NCBI GenBank assembly: GCA_016192205.1 | Contig: JACPUP010000029.1 | Span: 1-55,578, forward strand | Source: Candidatus Kerfeldbacteria bacterium | GTDB taxonomy: Bacteria > Patescibacteriota > Patescibacteriia > SBBC01 > JACPUP01 | Length of the DNA: 55,578 bases | Direction: 5' to 3' | In this document: positions 1 to 8,260 of the stretch, piece after piece | Numbering within the stretch: position 1 is the stretch's first letter | Layout of the letters: every line of letters begins with the position of its first letter | Notes under the pieces: generated by a model | What the model was told of the DNA's origin: nothing | The model's database searches: none | Seen by the model: the letters and a program-made list of their open reading frames with translations, nothing else | Translations under genes and position numbers: made by a program

Positions 1-93
1 TCGCCGGCCAAGATTATGGCGCAACACGGCGAGATCACCATCATCCGGAAGCGGGAAACGGCCGCGGACGTCGGAAAAATGTTTGGGTGGTAA
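1..93 (+). CDS. 3' end of an upstream ORF (partial, product unknown)
   Basis: Frame 1 is open from the window edge to TAA at 91-93 (...IMAQHGEITIIRKRETAADVGKMFGW*). The next ATG is 1 nt downstream. No motif recognised. Confidence 0.35.
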   Translation, partial: SPAKIMAQHGEITIIRKRETAADVGKMFGW

Positions 94-94
94 G

Positions 95-973
95 ATGACT
101 GATCGTGGAGCTCCACCCGCAGCCGTTCGTTTCCCGCGGACTTTTTTTGGCGATCAAGCTTCCTGGAAACGGGCCAAGGCCGTGGTCATCCCAGCGCCGT
201 ACGACGCGGCCGTCTCGTTCCGCAGCGGCGCGCGGTACGGTCCGGCTGCACTCCTTGAAGATTCGGTATCGATCGAGTGGTACGACCTGGAGCTCGGCCT
301 GAACATTGCCGAGCGCGTGCCGCTCCACACGCTCGATCCTTTGGAACTGCCGGTGTCTGGGCCGGCCGACGCTGTTGCGGTCATCGAGCGCGAGGTCGCA
401 CGCGTGCTCACGGCGAAGAAGTTCCCGCTGCTGGTCGGCGGGGACCACTCGTTGACCGCGGGCGCCGTCCGCGCGGTCGCCGCGAAGCATCGCCATTTGA
501 CCGTCATGCATTTGGATGCGCACGGCGATCTCCGTGACGAATACCAGCACTCCTCATTCTCCCACGCCACGTGCATGCGCCGGGCGTACGAGGCTACCGG
601 CCGCCTCGTCCAAGTGGGGATCCGCGATGTCGAAGAAGAGCAAGTCGCATTCCAGCAGCGCCACCGCATCCCTGTTTTTGCCGCGCCAAACGTTCCCGTG
701 CAAAAAATCATCGCTGCCTGCGGACCCAAGGTTTACGTGACGGTCGACGTTGACGTCTTCGACCCGAGCATCATGCCAGCAACTGGTACGCCCGTGCCCG
801 GCGGACTGGGTTGGTATGACGTCATCGGCCTGCTCCGCGCGCTCGGCAAATCCCGCCGCATTGTTGCCGCAGACATTATGGAGCTGGCACCAATTCCTGG
901 ACTGGCTGCGCCCAACGTTTTGGCCGCCCGGTTGGCCTACAAAATGCTCGGCTACGCGCTGCTGCGACGATAA
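95..973 (+). CDS. speB: Agmatinase / ureohydrolase (arginase family)
   Basis: Arginase-fold Mn-binding motifs GGDHS, HLDAHGD and VDVDVFDP. The ORF track starts at TTG 83. I prefer ATG 95, which sits just after the upstream stop. Confidence 0.8.
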   Translation: MTDRGAPPAAVRFPRTFFGDQASWKRAKAVVIPAPYDAAVSFRSGARYGPAALLEDSVSIEWYDLELGLNIAERVPLHTLDPLELPVSGPADAVAVIEREVARVLTAKKFPLLVGGDHSLTAGAVRAVAAKHRHLTVMHLDAHGDLRDEYQHSSFSHATCMRRAYEATGRLVQVGIRDVEEEQVAFQQRHRIPVFAAPNVPVQKIIAACGPKVYVTVDVDVFDPSIMPATGTPVPGGLGWYDVIGLLRALGKSRRIVAADIMELAPIPGLAAPNVLAARLAYKMLGYALLRR

Positions 974-1020
974 CGCTTGTTTTTCTATCCCAGCTCGTGT
1001 AGGCTTGCCGGTGCTTTTCT

Positions 1021-3741
1021 ATGTCGCTGCTGGTAAAACTGTTTGGGGATCCGAACCGAAAAACCGTCGGCGCGCTCCAGCAACGCGTGGCGCGCACCAA
1101 TGCCCTGGAGGCCGAGGTCAGCGCGCAGTCCGACGAACGCCTGAAGCTGACCGTCAACGAGCTACGAAAAACCCAGCCTGATTTTTCGGCGCTCGACCAA
1201 CACCTCGAGCGCGTCTTCGCCATCGTCCGCGAAACCGCCAAGCGCCAACTCAAACAACGCCCCTATGACGTGCAACTGATTGGCGGCATGGCGTTAAACG
1301 ACGGCCAGATTGCCGAGATGAGGACCGGCGAGGGGAAAACGCTGGTCGCCACGCTGCCGGCCACCCTCAACGCGCTCACCGGCCGCGGTGTGCACGTCGT
1401 CACCGTGAACGATTACTTGGCTAAGCGTGACGCTGTTTGGATGGGCCCCATTTACCAGGCACTGGGCGTTACCGTCGGTTCCATCCAGCACGAGGCAGCG
1501 TTTCGGTACGATCCCACCTACACCGATGCGCCGGAAACCGCTCGTTTCCTGCGGCCGGTCTCACGCCGCGAAGCGTATGCCTGCGACGTGCTCTACGGAA
1601 CGAACAATGAGTTTGGCTTCGATTACCTCCGCGATAACATGGTGGCGGATGTGTCCCAGAAGGTCCAGCGGCCGCTCGCGTACGCCATCGTCGACGAGGT
1701 CGACTCGATTCTCGTCGATGAAGCGCGAACGCCACTCATCATTTCCGCGCCCGCCGAGGAATCAACCGATCAGTACTACCGTTTTGCCCAACTCGTGCGA
1801 ACGCTCACCGAGGGTGAGGACTACAACGTCGACGAGAAGATGAAAGCTGCCACGCTGACCGACGCGGGCATGACCAAGATGGAACGTGCGCTCGGCGTGG
1901 AGAACATCTACGCGGTCGATGGAATCGAGCTCGCCCATCACATGGAGCAGGCCCTCAAGGCGCACGCCTTATTCAAGCTTGATCGCGACTACGTTGTCCG
2001 CGCAGGCGAAGTCGTCATCGTGGACGAGTTCACCGGGCGGCTCATGTTTGGCCGACGGTACTCCGAAGGGCTTCACCAAGCGATTGAAGCCAAGGAAGGC
2101 GTGGCGATAAAGCAGGAGAGCCGGACGCTGGCCACCATCACGTTCCAGAACTACTTCCGGCTGTACCAGAAACTTTCGGGGATGACCGGGACCGCGCTCA
2201 CTGAAGCCGAGGAGTTTGCCAAAATCTACAACCTCGATGTGGTGGTTATCCCGACCAACCGACCCATGGTTCGCGCTGATCGGCCGGACGCAGTATTCGT
2301 CAATGAGCAGGGAAAATTTCAAGCGGTCGTACGGGAGATCAAATCACGCCACCAAGCCGGACAACCGGTGCTCGTGGGCACTATTTCCATCGAGAAGAAC
2401 GAAATCCTCCATGAGCTGCTCGAACGTGAGGGCGTGCCGCACGAGGTGCTGAATGCCAAGAACCACGAGCGCGAAGCAGCTATCATTGCGCAGGCTGGTC
2501 GCAAGGGTGCGGTGACCATTGCCACGAACATGGCCGGTCGTGGCGTCGACATCATCTTAGGCGGCACCGGCGCGGACAAACCCGCCCAAGACGAGATTCG
2601 CGCACTCGGCGGGGTGCACGTACTCGGCACGGAGCGTCATGAAGCTCGGCGGATTGACAACCAGCTCCGTGGCCGCACGGGCCGGCAGGGCGACCCCGGT
2701 TCGTCCCAGTTTTTCGTGTCGCTCGATGATGACCTCATGCGCGTGTTCGGCTCGGACCGCGTCAAGGGCATTATGGAGCGTTTGAACGTGCCGCCAGACC
2801 TGCCGATTGAAAACCGGGTGGTGTCGCGCTCCATCGAAGCGGCCCAGAAGAAAATCGAAGGCCGGAACTTCGACCTCCGCAAGCACTTAGTCGAGTACGA
2901 CGACGTCATGAACAAGCACCGTGAGGTCATCTACCGTCGCCGCAACCGCGTGCTCGCCCAAGCGGGTTCGGAAACACTCGAACAGGTGAGCGAGCTCGTC
3001 GATGCGGAAATCGAGCACGTCGTAGCCTTCCACACGGCCGGGGAGCATGAACGCGACTGGAACCTCAAGGAGATCGTGGAAACGGTCGATGCGATGTTCG
3101 GCTTGACCGAAGGGCGAGCCGAAGTAGAGGGCACACTGCGGGATATCGCCAAAGACCGTCGCGAACAAGCCAAAGCCCGTGATGCGATGTGCGCCTCCTT
3201 GTCCGAGCGTGCGGATCAAGCGCTCCAGGCATTGGGCAAACGTCTCGGCGGTGACGAGCGTTTGTCAGTGGCTGCGCGGTCTGTACTCTTACGGACCATC
3301 GACGCGCTCTGGATCGAGCACCTGGACCAAATGGACCATTTACGCGAGGGGATCGGGCTGCGTGGCTATGGCCAACGCGATCCGCTCGTTGAGTACAAGC
3401 GGGAAGCATTCCGGCTCTTTCAGCAGCTGACGCAGAGTATTGATGCGTCGTTCGTCAATACCCTCTTCAAGATTCAGCCCGCACCACCTTCGACGGTATC
3501 AACCACGCTCACCCGCGCGCGTCAGGTTGAGTCTGGGCCAGCGAAAGAGAGCACCTCATCGTCTGCGATCCGCGCTCTGGCAACGGGTGAGCCAGCCCGC
3601 GCACCCGGTGCGCAGCTGACAGCGGAGAGCCAAGAGCCGACTGCCACCGCGCCAGGACGTTATCACGGCCAGAAAGTCGGCCGCAACGAACCCTGCCCGT
3701 GCGGTTCGGGCAAGAAATTCAAGAAGTGCCATGGTGCGTAA
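1021..3741 (+). CDS. secA: Preprotein translocase ATPase SecA
   Basis: 906 aa. [12 protein letters not shown] start, Walker [27 protein letters not shown], and the C-terminal zinc motif [14 protein letters not shown]. Confidence 0.97.
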   Translation: MSLLVKLFGDPNRKTVGALQQRVARTNALEAEVSAQSDERLKLTVNELRKTQPDFSALDQHLERVFAIVRETAKRQLKQRPYDVQLIGGMALNDGQIAEMRTGEGKTLVATLPATLNALTGRGVHVVTVNDYLAKRDAVWMGPIYQALGVTVGSIQHEAAFRYDPTYTDAPETARFLRPVSRREAYACDVLYGTNNEFGFDYLRDNMVADVSQKVQRPLAYAIVDEVDSILVDEARTPLIISAPAEESTDQYYRFAQLVRTLTEGEDYNVDEKMKAATLTDAGMTKMERALGVENIYAVDGIELAHHMEQALKAHALFKLDRDYVVRAGEVVIVDEFTGRLMFGRRYSEGLHQAIEAKEGVAIKQESRTLATITFQNYFRLYQKLSGMTGTALTEAEEFAKIYNLDVVVIPTNRPMVRADRPDAVFVNEQGKFQAVVREIKSRHQAGQPVLVGTISIEKNEILHELLEREGVPHEVLNAKNHEREAAIIAQAGRKGAVTIATNMAGRGVDIILGGTGADKPAQDEIRALGGVHVLGTERHEARRIDNQLRGRTGRQGDPGSSQFFVSLDDDLMRVFGSDRVKGIMERLNVPPDLPIENRVVSRSIEAAQKKIEGRNFDLRKHLVEYDDVMNKHREVIYRRRNRVLAQAGSETLEQVSELVDAEIEHVVAFHTAGEHERDWNLKEIVETVDAMFGLTEGRAEVEGTLRDIAKDRREQAKARDAMCASLSERADQALQALGKRLGGDERLSVAARSVLLRTIDALWIEHLDQMDHLREGIGLRGYGQRDPLVEYKREAFRLFQQLTQSIDASFVNTLFKIQPAPPSTVSTTLTRARQVESGPAKESTSSSAIRALATGEPARAPGAQLTAESQEPTATAPGRYHGQKVGRNEPCPCGSGKKFKKCHGA

Positions 3742-3746
3742 AACGC

Positions 3747-3774
3747 CGAATAATGAATAGCGAATAACGAATGG
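3747..3774. repeat. Degenerate heptamer tandem repeat (CGAATAA TGAATAG CGAATAA CGAATGG)
   Basis: Read directly from the sequence just after the secA stop. Four units only. Confidence 0.5.
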
Positions 3775-3901
3775 CGGGAGGGCCGCGAAGAATCAGGACT
3801 GAAATTCAGAATATTCAAACGTCTTGCTTACCAACGAACCGTTCAGGCGCTGAAAACCCAGTCAACAATTCTACAATTCCACAGACGCATTCTCGCCCTG
3901 C

Positions 3902-3930
3902 TTGATTTATCATAGAAAACGTGCTACACT
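3902..3930 (+). promoter_or_regulatory. Sigma70-type promoter with extended -10
   Basis: TTGATT (3902-3907), 17-nt spacer ending in TGC, TACACT (3925-3930). Lies in an AT-rich island of a GC-rich genome. Confidence 0.5.
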
Positions 3931-3978
3931 TTGAAATGTAGTTCTTTCAAGACGAAAACAAAAAGAAAAAGAAAAGCG

Positions 3979-4070
3979 ACCCTAGAGGTCAACAAGTGCC
4001 TTTAGGAACATAAGAGGGTTTCAACGAGGCCTGGCCTCTAGGGTTCCATCCCCCTGCACCGAGAGTGCAG
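3979..4070 (+). promoter_or_regulatory. Structured 5' leader (candidate cis-regulatory RNA) of the FG-GAP/YkuD gene
   Basis: Perfect 10-bp helix ACCCTAGAGG (3979-3988) / CCTCTAGGGT (4035-4044), extendable to 12 bp. A second hairpin CTGCAC-cgaga-GTGCAG lies at 4054-4070. An A-rich tract (3951-3978) precedes both. Confidence 0.3.
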
Positions 4071-4093
4071 ACGGGTCATTTACGGTAAGTAAG

Positions 4094-5515
4094 ATGGATA
4101 ACGAATCTGGAATTCCGGAGCACGGGACGAAAGTCCTCATCGCGCTTGGTGGAAGCCTCATGAGTTTCCTGGTGTTCGTTGGTTCAGCGTCGGCCGGTTC
4201 CACCCCGAACGAGATCCGCGTACTCACACCAGCTGGTGAAAAACAGCAGGCGTTTGCCTTCGGTGACAAAGAGCTCCGCCGCGGTGCGGAAATCGCCACT
4301 GGTGACGTTGACGGCGACGGGGAACTCGAGATTGTCGCTACGCCAACGTACAGAGCCAAGCCGAATGTACGAGTCTTTTCATCGAGCGGGACACTCCGGA
4401 CGGACTTCGACGTCCTCGACCGTAAGTTTACTGGTGGTGTGAACCTTGCCGTCGGTGATGTCACCGGTGACGGCGTTGCCGAAATCGTTATCGGTGCTCG
4501 CGATGGCGGCGGACCGACCGTTGAAGTCTACACGAACACGGGACAGCGACTGGCAACCTTCGTTGCGTACAGCCCGAAATATCGCGGCGGAGTCGACGTC
4601 GCCACCGGCGACATTGACGGCGACGGGGTCGAGGAAATCGTCACTGCCGCCGGATTCGAATCTTCGGGACACATCCGCGCGTTCGAGGGCGATGGACGTG
4701 AAACCGTGACCTCGGTTTTCCCTTTTGGTACCAGCGGGCAGTTCGGTGCACGCGTCGCCGTCGGCGACGTTGATCCCGACAGCCCGTATGAGGAAATCGT
4801 CGTCGTACCGTTATCCGATCATGCACCGCAGGTCAAGATTCTTTCGAACCGCGGCAAGACGCTCAAGACCATCACTGCTTTTTCCGCCAGCCGCACCAGT
4901 GGCCTGTCCGTGACGACCCTCCAGGCCGATGCTGACGCGAGCGAGGAAATTGCCGTCATTGTCCGCAACTGGCGTCCGCACCTGCGCGTTTTGAATGCCG
5001 ACGGGTCGCGCCTCACGAGTACGTACGCATTTGCCAAATCGTTCGTCGGTGACGTTTCCTTGACCGCAGGCGGTGCCAACACGCTCCTGGCGTCCGTAAC
5101 AAAACTCCGGGCCAGCGGCCGCAGCGACCTTCCCCGCTCCATCGAGATTGACTTGTCCGACCAAAAACTCACGTATTACCGCAAAGGTGTTACGGTGGCA
5201 ACCCGAGCAGTCTCCACCGGCAAATGGTCAATGCCCACACCCACCGGGACGTTCAAAACCCGCAACAAGATTCGCACCGCCTACTCAAGCCGGTATGCGC
5301 TCTACATGGATTACTGGATGGCGGTCACGCCCGATGGCTCCTACGGCATCCACGCGCTGCCGTTTTGGAAATTGAAGAACGGCGGTCGCATCTATGAAGG
5401 CGAAGACCACCTTGGGACACCCGTATCCCATGGCTGCATTCGCCTTGCGCCGAGCGCTGCGCGCGAGCTCTACGAATGGGCACCCGTGGGCACAGCCGTC
5501 TTCATTCGTCCGTAA
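4094..5515 (+). CDS. Secreted/membrane-anchored FG-GAP repeat propeller fused to a YkuD-type L,D-transpeptidase domain
   Basis: N-terminal hydrophobic segment. Repeated GDVDGDGELEIV / GDVTGDGVAEIV / GDIDGDGVEEIV / GDVDPDSPYEEIV (FG-GAP/VCBS-like). C-terminal YkuD catalytic motif HGTPVSHGCIRL. Confidence 0.85.
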   Translation: MDNESGIPEHGTKVLIALGGSLMSFLVFVGSASAGSTPNEIRVLTPAGEKQQAFAFGDKELRRGAEIATGDVDGDGELEIVATPTYRAKPNVRVFSSSGTLRTDFDVLDRKFTGGVNLAVGDVTGDGVAEIVIGARDGGGPTVEVYTNTGQRLATFVAYSPKYRGGVDVATGDIDGDGVEEIVTAAGFESSGHIRAFEGDGRETVTSVFPFGTSGQFGARVAVGDVDPDSPYEEIVVVPLSDHAPQVKILSNRGKTLKTITAFSASRTSGLSVTTLQADADASEEIAVIVRNWRPHLRVLNADGSRLTSTYAFAKSFVGDVSLTAGGANTLLASVTKLRASGRSDLPRSIEIDLSDQKLTYYRKGVTVATRAVSTGKWSMPTPTGTFKTRNKIRTAYSSRYALYMDYWMAVTPDGSYGIHALPFWKLKNGGRIYEGEDHLGTPVSHGCIRLAPSAARELYEWAPVGTAVFIRP

Positions 5516-5523
5516 TGTTCTGA

Positions 5524-5553
5524 TTGACCCGAACCCACCGGCGGTGGTACGCT
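5524..5553 (+). promoter_or_regulatory. Possible sigma70-type promoter for secDF
   Basis: TTGACC (5524-5529), 18-nt spacer ending in TGG, TACGCT (5548-5553). ATG is 22 nt downstream. Confidence 0.35.
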
Positions 5554-5575
5554 ACCTCCGCTGTTTTCGCTTTCC

Positions 5576-7255
5576 ATGACCTCCCGCACGAAACTCGGGC
5601 TCACATTTTTCAGCCTCATCGTCCTCCTCGCGCTCGCCGTCCTCGTTGACGTGCCTGGCGGCCCGGATCTGCGTGTCGGCTCGTGGCACAAGGAAATGAA
5701 AGTCCACCTCGGGCTTGATTTGAAAGGCGGGACGCGGCTCATCTACGACGCGGACGTGAGCGGTTTGCCCGGGGGTGAGGAATCCTCGGCGTTGGACGGC
5801 GTGCGGGACGTGATTGAACGTCGCGTCAACCAGTTTGGCGTGTCCGAACCGATCGTCCAGACGAGCGAGGCCGGCGGACAGCACCGGATTATCGTTGAGT
5901 TGGCTGGTGTGCAGGATGTCGACGCTGCGATACAACAGATTGGTGAAACACCGCTGCTGGAATTCAAAGAGCTAGGCACACCGGCTCCGCTGATTCCCGA
6001 AGACCTGGCCGCGGCCGAGGCCTTCAATCGAGAACAACGCGCAAAAGCCGAGCGGGCGCTGGCTGACGTCCGTGCGCCCAATGCGGATTTTGCCGCCATC
6101 GCAAGCGAACGCTCCGAAGACACGGGGTCGGCGCCGAGCGGCGGTGACATTGGTTTTCAGCGGAGGGAAAATCTCGTCACCGAATACGCCGACGTCCTCT
6201 TCGATCAGCTCGAAGACGGTCAGCTGTTCGATCAACTGGTAGAATCGCCGTTTGGCTATCACGTCATCAAACGAACGGAATCACGCGCGTCCGGGGAAGG
6301 GGAGAGCGCCGTGACCGAGGTGCGCTCACGTCACATCCTTGTCCGGACGCGAGAAACCCATCCAGAAGAGACCGAGCAAACCTACGTCGAGACTGGACTG
6401 ACCGGCGAGCACCTCGACAACGCCCAGGTATCGTTTGACCAGCAGACGGGCCAGCCGGACGTTGTGTTGAAATTCAACGACGAGGGAAAACAACTCTTTG
6501 GCGATATTACCACTCGGAACCTCAACCAGCCGGTTGGCATTTTCTTGGACGGTCTCCCCATCTCCGAGCCGATTGTCCAAACCGAGATTACGACTGGTGA
6601 AGCGACGATCAGCGGTGACTTCGATCTGTCAGAGGCGAAGGAGCTCGCCCAGCGTCTCAATGCTGGTGCCCTGCCCGTGCCGATTACCCTCGTGAACCAA
6701 ACGACCGTCGGCCCGACGCTCGGTCGCGTCTCCATCGAGCGCAGTTTCTTCGCTGGTCTCGTTGGCCTGGCCGCGGTAGTACTGTTCATGCTCCTCCAGT
6801 ACCGATTCCTCGGCTTCATCGCGGTGCTCTCCCTCTTCGCGTACACAGCGTTGACCTTTGCCATTTTTAAACTCTGGCCGGTCACGCTCACGCTGGCCGG
6901 TGTGGCCGGGTTCATTCTGTCTATTGGCATCGCCGTGGATGCGAATATCCTCATTTTCGAACGCATCCGCGAGGAACTGCGCAGTGGCCGGCTCCTCGGA
7001 GATGCCGTCGAGGAAGGCTTCCAGCGCGCCTGGCTCTCCATCCGTGACTCCAACGTCTCGAGCCTCATCACGACGTTCATCCTGGCCTGGTTCGGCACGG
7101 GCATCATCAAGGGGTTTGCCATCACCTTGGCGATCGGGATCCTCGTCTCCATGTTTTCGGCCGTGACCATCGCTCGAACATTACTGCGCCTGACTGCCAA
7201 GCGGTGGCTCCAGCGTCACCCGAAGTTCCTGAGCGTTGAGCACGTGAGCGAGTAG
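5576..7255 (+). CDS. secD: Protein-export membrane protein SecD with an inserted parvulin-like module
   Basis: N-terminal TM, HLGLDLKGG, IIVELAGV, GETPLLEF, LDGLPISEPIV, and a C-terminal 6-TM SecD/F core (GIAVDANILIFERIREE). The insert at about aa 133-268 carries GGDIGF...SPFGYHVIKR. Confidence 0.93.
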   Translation: MTSRTKLGLTFFSLIVLLALAVLVDVPGGPDLRVGSWHKEMKVHLGLDLKGGTRLIYDADVSGLPGGEESSALDGVRDVIERRVNQFGVSEPIVQTSEAGGQHRIIVELAGVQDVDAAIQQIGETPLLEFKELGTPAPLIPEDLAAAEAFNREQRAKAERALADVRAPNADFAAIASERSEDTGSAPSGGDIGFQRRENLVTEYADVLFDQLEDGQLFDQLVESPFGYHVIKRTESRASGEGESAVTEVRSRHILVRTRETHPEETEQTYVETGLTGEHLDNAQVSFDQQTGQPDVVLKFNDEGKQLFGDITTRNLNQPVGIFLDGLPISEPIVQTEITTGEATISGDFDLSEAKELAQRLNAGALPVPITLVNQTTVGPTLGRVSIERSFFAGLVGLAAVVLFMLLQYRFLGFIAVLSLFAYTALTFAIFKLWPVTLTLAGVAGFILSIGIAVDANILIFERIREELRSGRLLGDAVEEGFQRAWLSIRDSNVSSLITTFILAWFGTGIIKGFAITLAIGILVSMFSAVTIARTLLRLTAKRWLQRHPKFLSVEHVSE

Positions 7256-7258
7256 CGT

Positions 7259-8146
7259 ATGTTTCAGATTATCCGCCACCGGCGCATCTTCCTCGCCTTC
7301 TCCGCGCTCCTCGTTGTCCTGGGAGTGGCGGCCTTTGCCGTGTGGGGTCTGAAACTCGGTATTGATTTTACCGGTGGCACCATTGTCCAGTACGAAGGCG
7401 TGGACGAGACGGCGCGCGGTGTATTGCGGTCGACGTATGCGGACGCAGGCCTTTCCCCGGTCCTGCAACGCGTTGGCGCGGACGGCGTCAGCATCCGATT
7501 GAGTGAACTGTCGCTCGACGATCAGGCGTCGCTCCGCGACGCGGTCAGCGCTGCGTTGCCAAACATCACCGAGACGTCGTTCGAGACTATTGGTCCGACC
7601 ATTGGTCGTGAGCTTCGTCAGAAAGCGGTCGTGGCCACTGCCCTCGTGTTGGTTGGCATCGTCCTCTACGTTACCTGGGCGTTTCGTCGCGTGTCGATCG
7701 GACCAGTACGCGCCTGGGTCTACGGTGCCGCCACCATCATCGCGCTCGCTCACGATTTGGTTGTCGTCATTGGCGTGTTCGCGATCCTGGGAACATTTTT
7801 CAATGTGGAAATCGACAGCCTCTTCGTCACTGCCCTTCTGACAGTCCTTGGGTTCTCCGTCCACGACACTATCGTGGTGTTTGACCGGATCCGCGAACGT
7901 CTTGGCCTGACCGAAACACAACAGTTTGCAGAGACGGTCAACGAGAGCGTCAACCAGACCATGGTCCGCTCGCTCGCGACCTCGGCCACAACACTCCTCG
8001 TGCTCGTCGCGCTCTTCCTCTTCGGCGGCGAGAGCATTCGCTACTTCACTCTGGCATTGGTCGTTGGCATCGTCTCTGGTACGTACTCCTCCATTTTCGT
8101 CGCCAGTCCGTTGCTCGTGGTCTGGGAGCGCTGGAGAAACACTTAA
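7259..8146 (+). CDS. secF: Protein-export membrane protein SecF
   Basis: GIDFTGGT motif and the SecF TM core (SVHDTIVVFDRIRE). Starts 3 nt after secD. Confidence 0.93.
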   Translation: MFQIIRHRRIFLAFSALLVVLGVAAFAVWGLKLGIDFTGGTIVQYEGVDETARGVLRSTYADAGLSPVLQRVGADGVSIRLSELSLDDQASLRDAVSAALPNITETSFETIGPTIGRELRQKAVVATALVLVGIVLYVTWAFRRVSIGPVRAWVYGAATIIALAHDLVVVIGVFAILGTFFNVEIDSLFVTALLTVLGFSVHDTIVVFDRIRERLGLTETQQFAETVNESVNQTMVRSLATSATTLLVLVALFLFGGESIRYFTLALVVGIVSGTYSSIFVASPLLVVWERWRNT

Positions 8147-8191
8147 AGCGCGGTAGCAGGCAGGTACACTTTTTACATTTATCCTTATTTC

Positions 8192-8220
8192 TTGACAGAA
8201 TAACAAATCTGTGCTATACT
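8192..8220 (+). promoter_or_regulatory. Near-consensus sigma70 promoter with extended -10
   Basis: TTGACA (8192-8197), 17-nt spacer ending in TGC, TATACT (8215-8220). An A/T-rich tract lies upstream at 8170-8191. Confidence 0.6.
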
Positions 8221-8260
8221 AGTCTACAAGGAGAAATCCTGCGCGAACCCTTCAGTTTTT

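Noticed and set aside
977-1005. Possible secA promoter: TTGTTT, a 17-nt spacer and TAGGCT.
   Set aside because: Both hexamers are poor. The 47-nt gap after speB could simply be read through. It is too weak to list as a feature.
3747-3774. Checked whether the short tandem and direct repeats here, or elsewhere in the window, could be a CRISPR array or a mobile-element terminus.
   Set aside because: The units are only 7 nt, degenerate, and have no spacers. No cas, transposase or integrase genes and no long inverted repeats occur anywhere in the window.
3771-3905. 44-codon ORF (MAGGPRRIRTEIQNIQ...) in the secA-downstream gap.
   Set aside because: It lies upstream of the predicted promoter and has no SD. 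It spans low-complexity repeat and palindrome DNA, and its stop overlaps the -35 hexamer. It is unlikely to be translated.
3937-4093. Considered calling the structured leader a c-di-AMP (ydaO) or other known riboswitch because it precedes a cell-wall enzyme.
   Set aside because: I cannot find the conserved ydaO sequence blocks or the pseudo-twofold architecture by eye. It is reported only as an unclassified structured leader.
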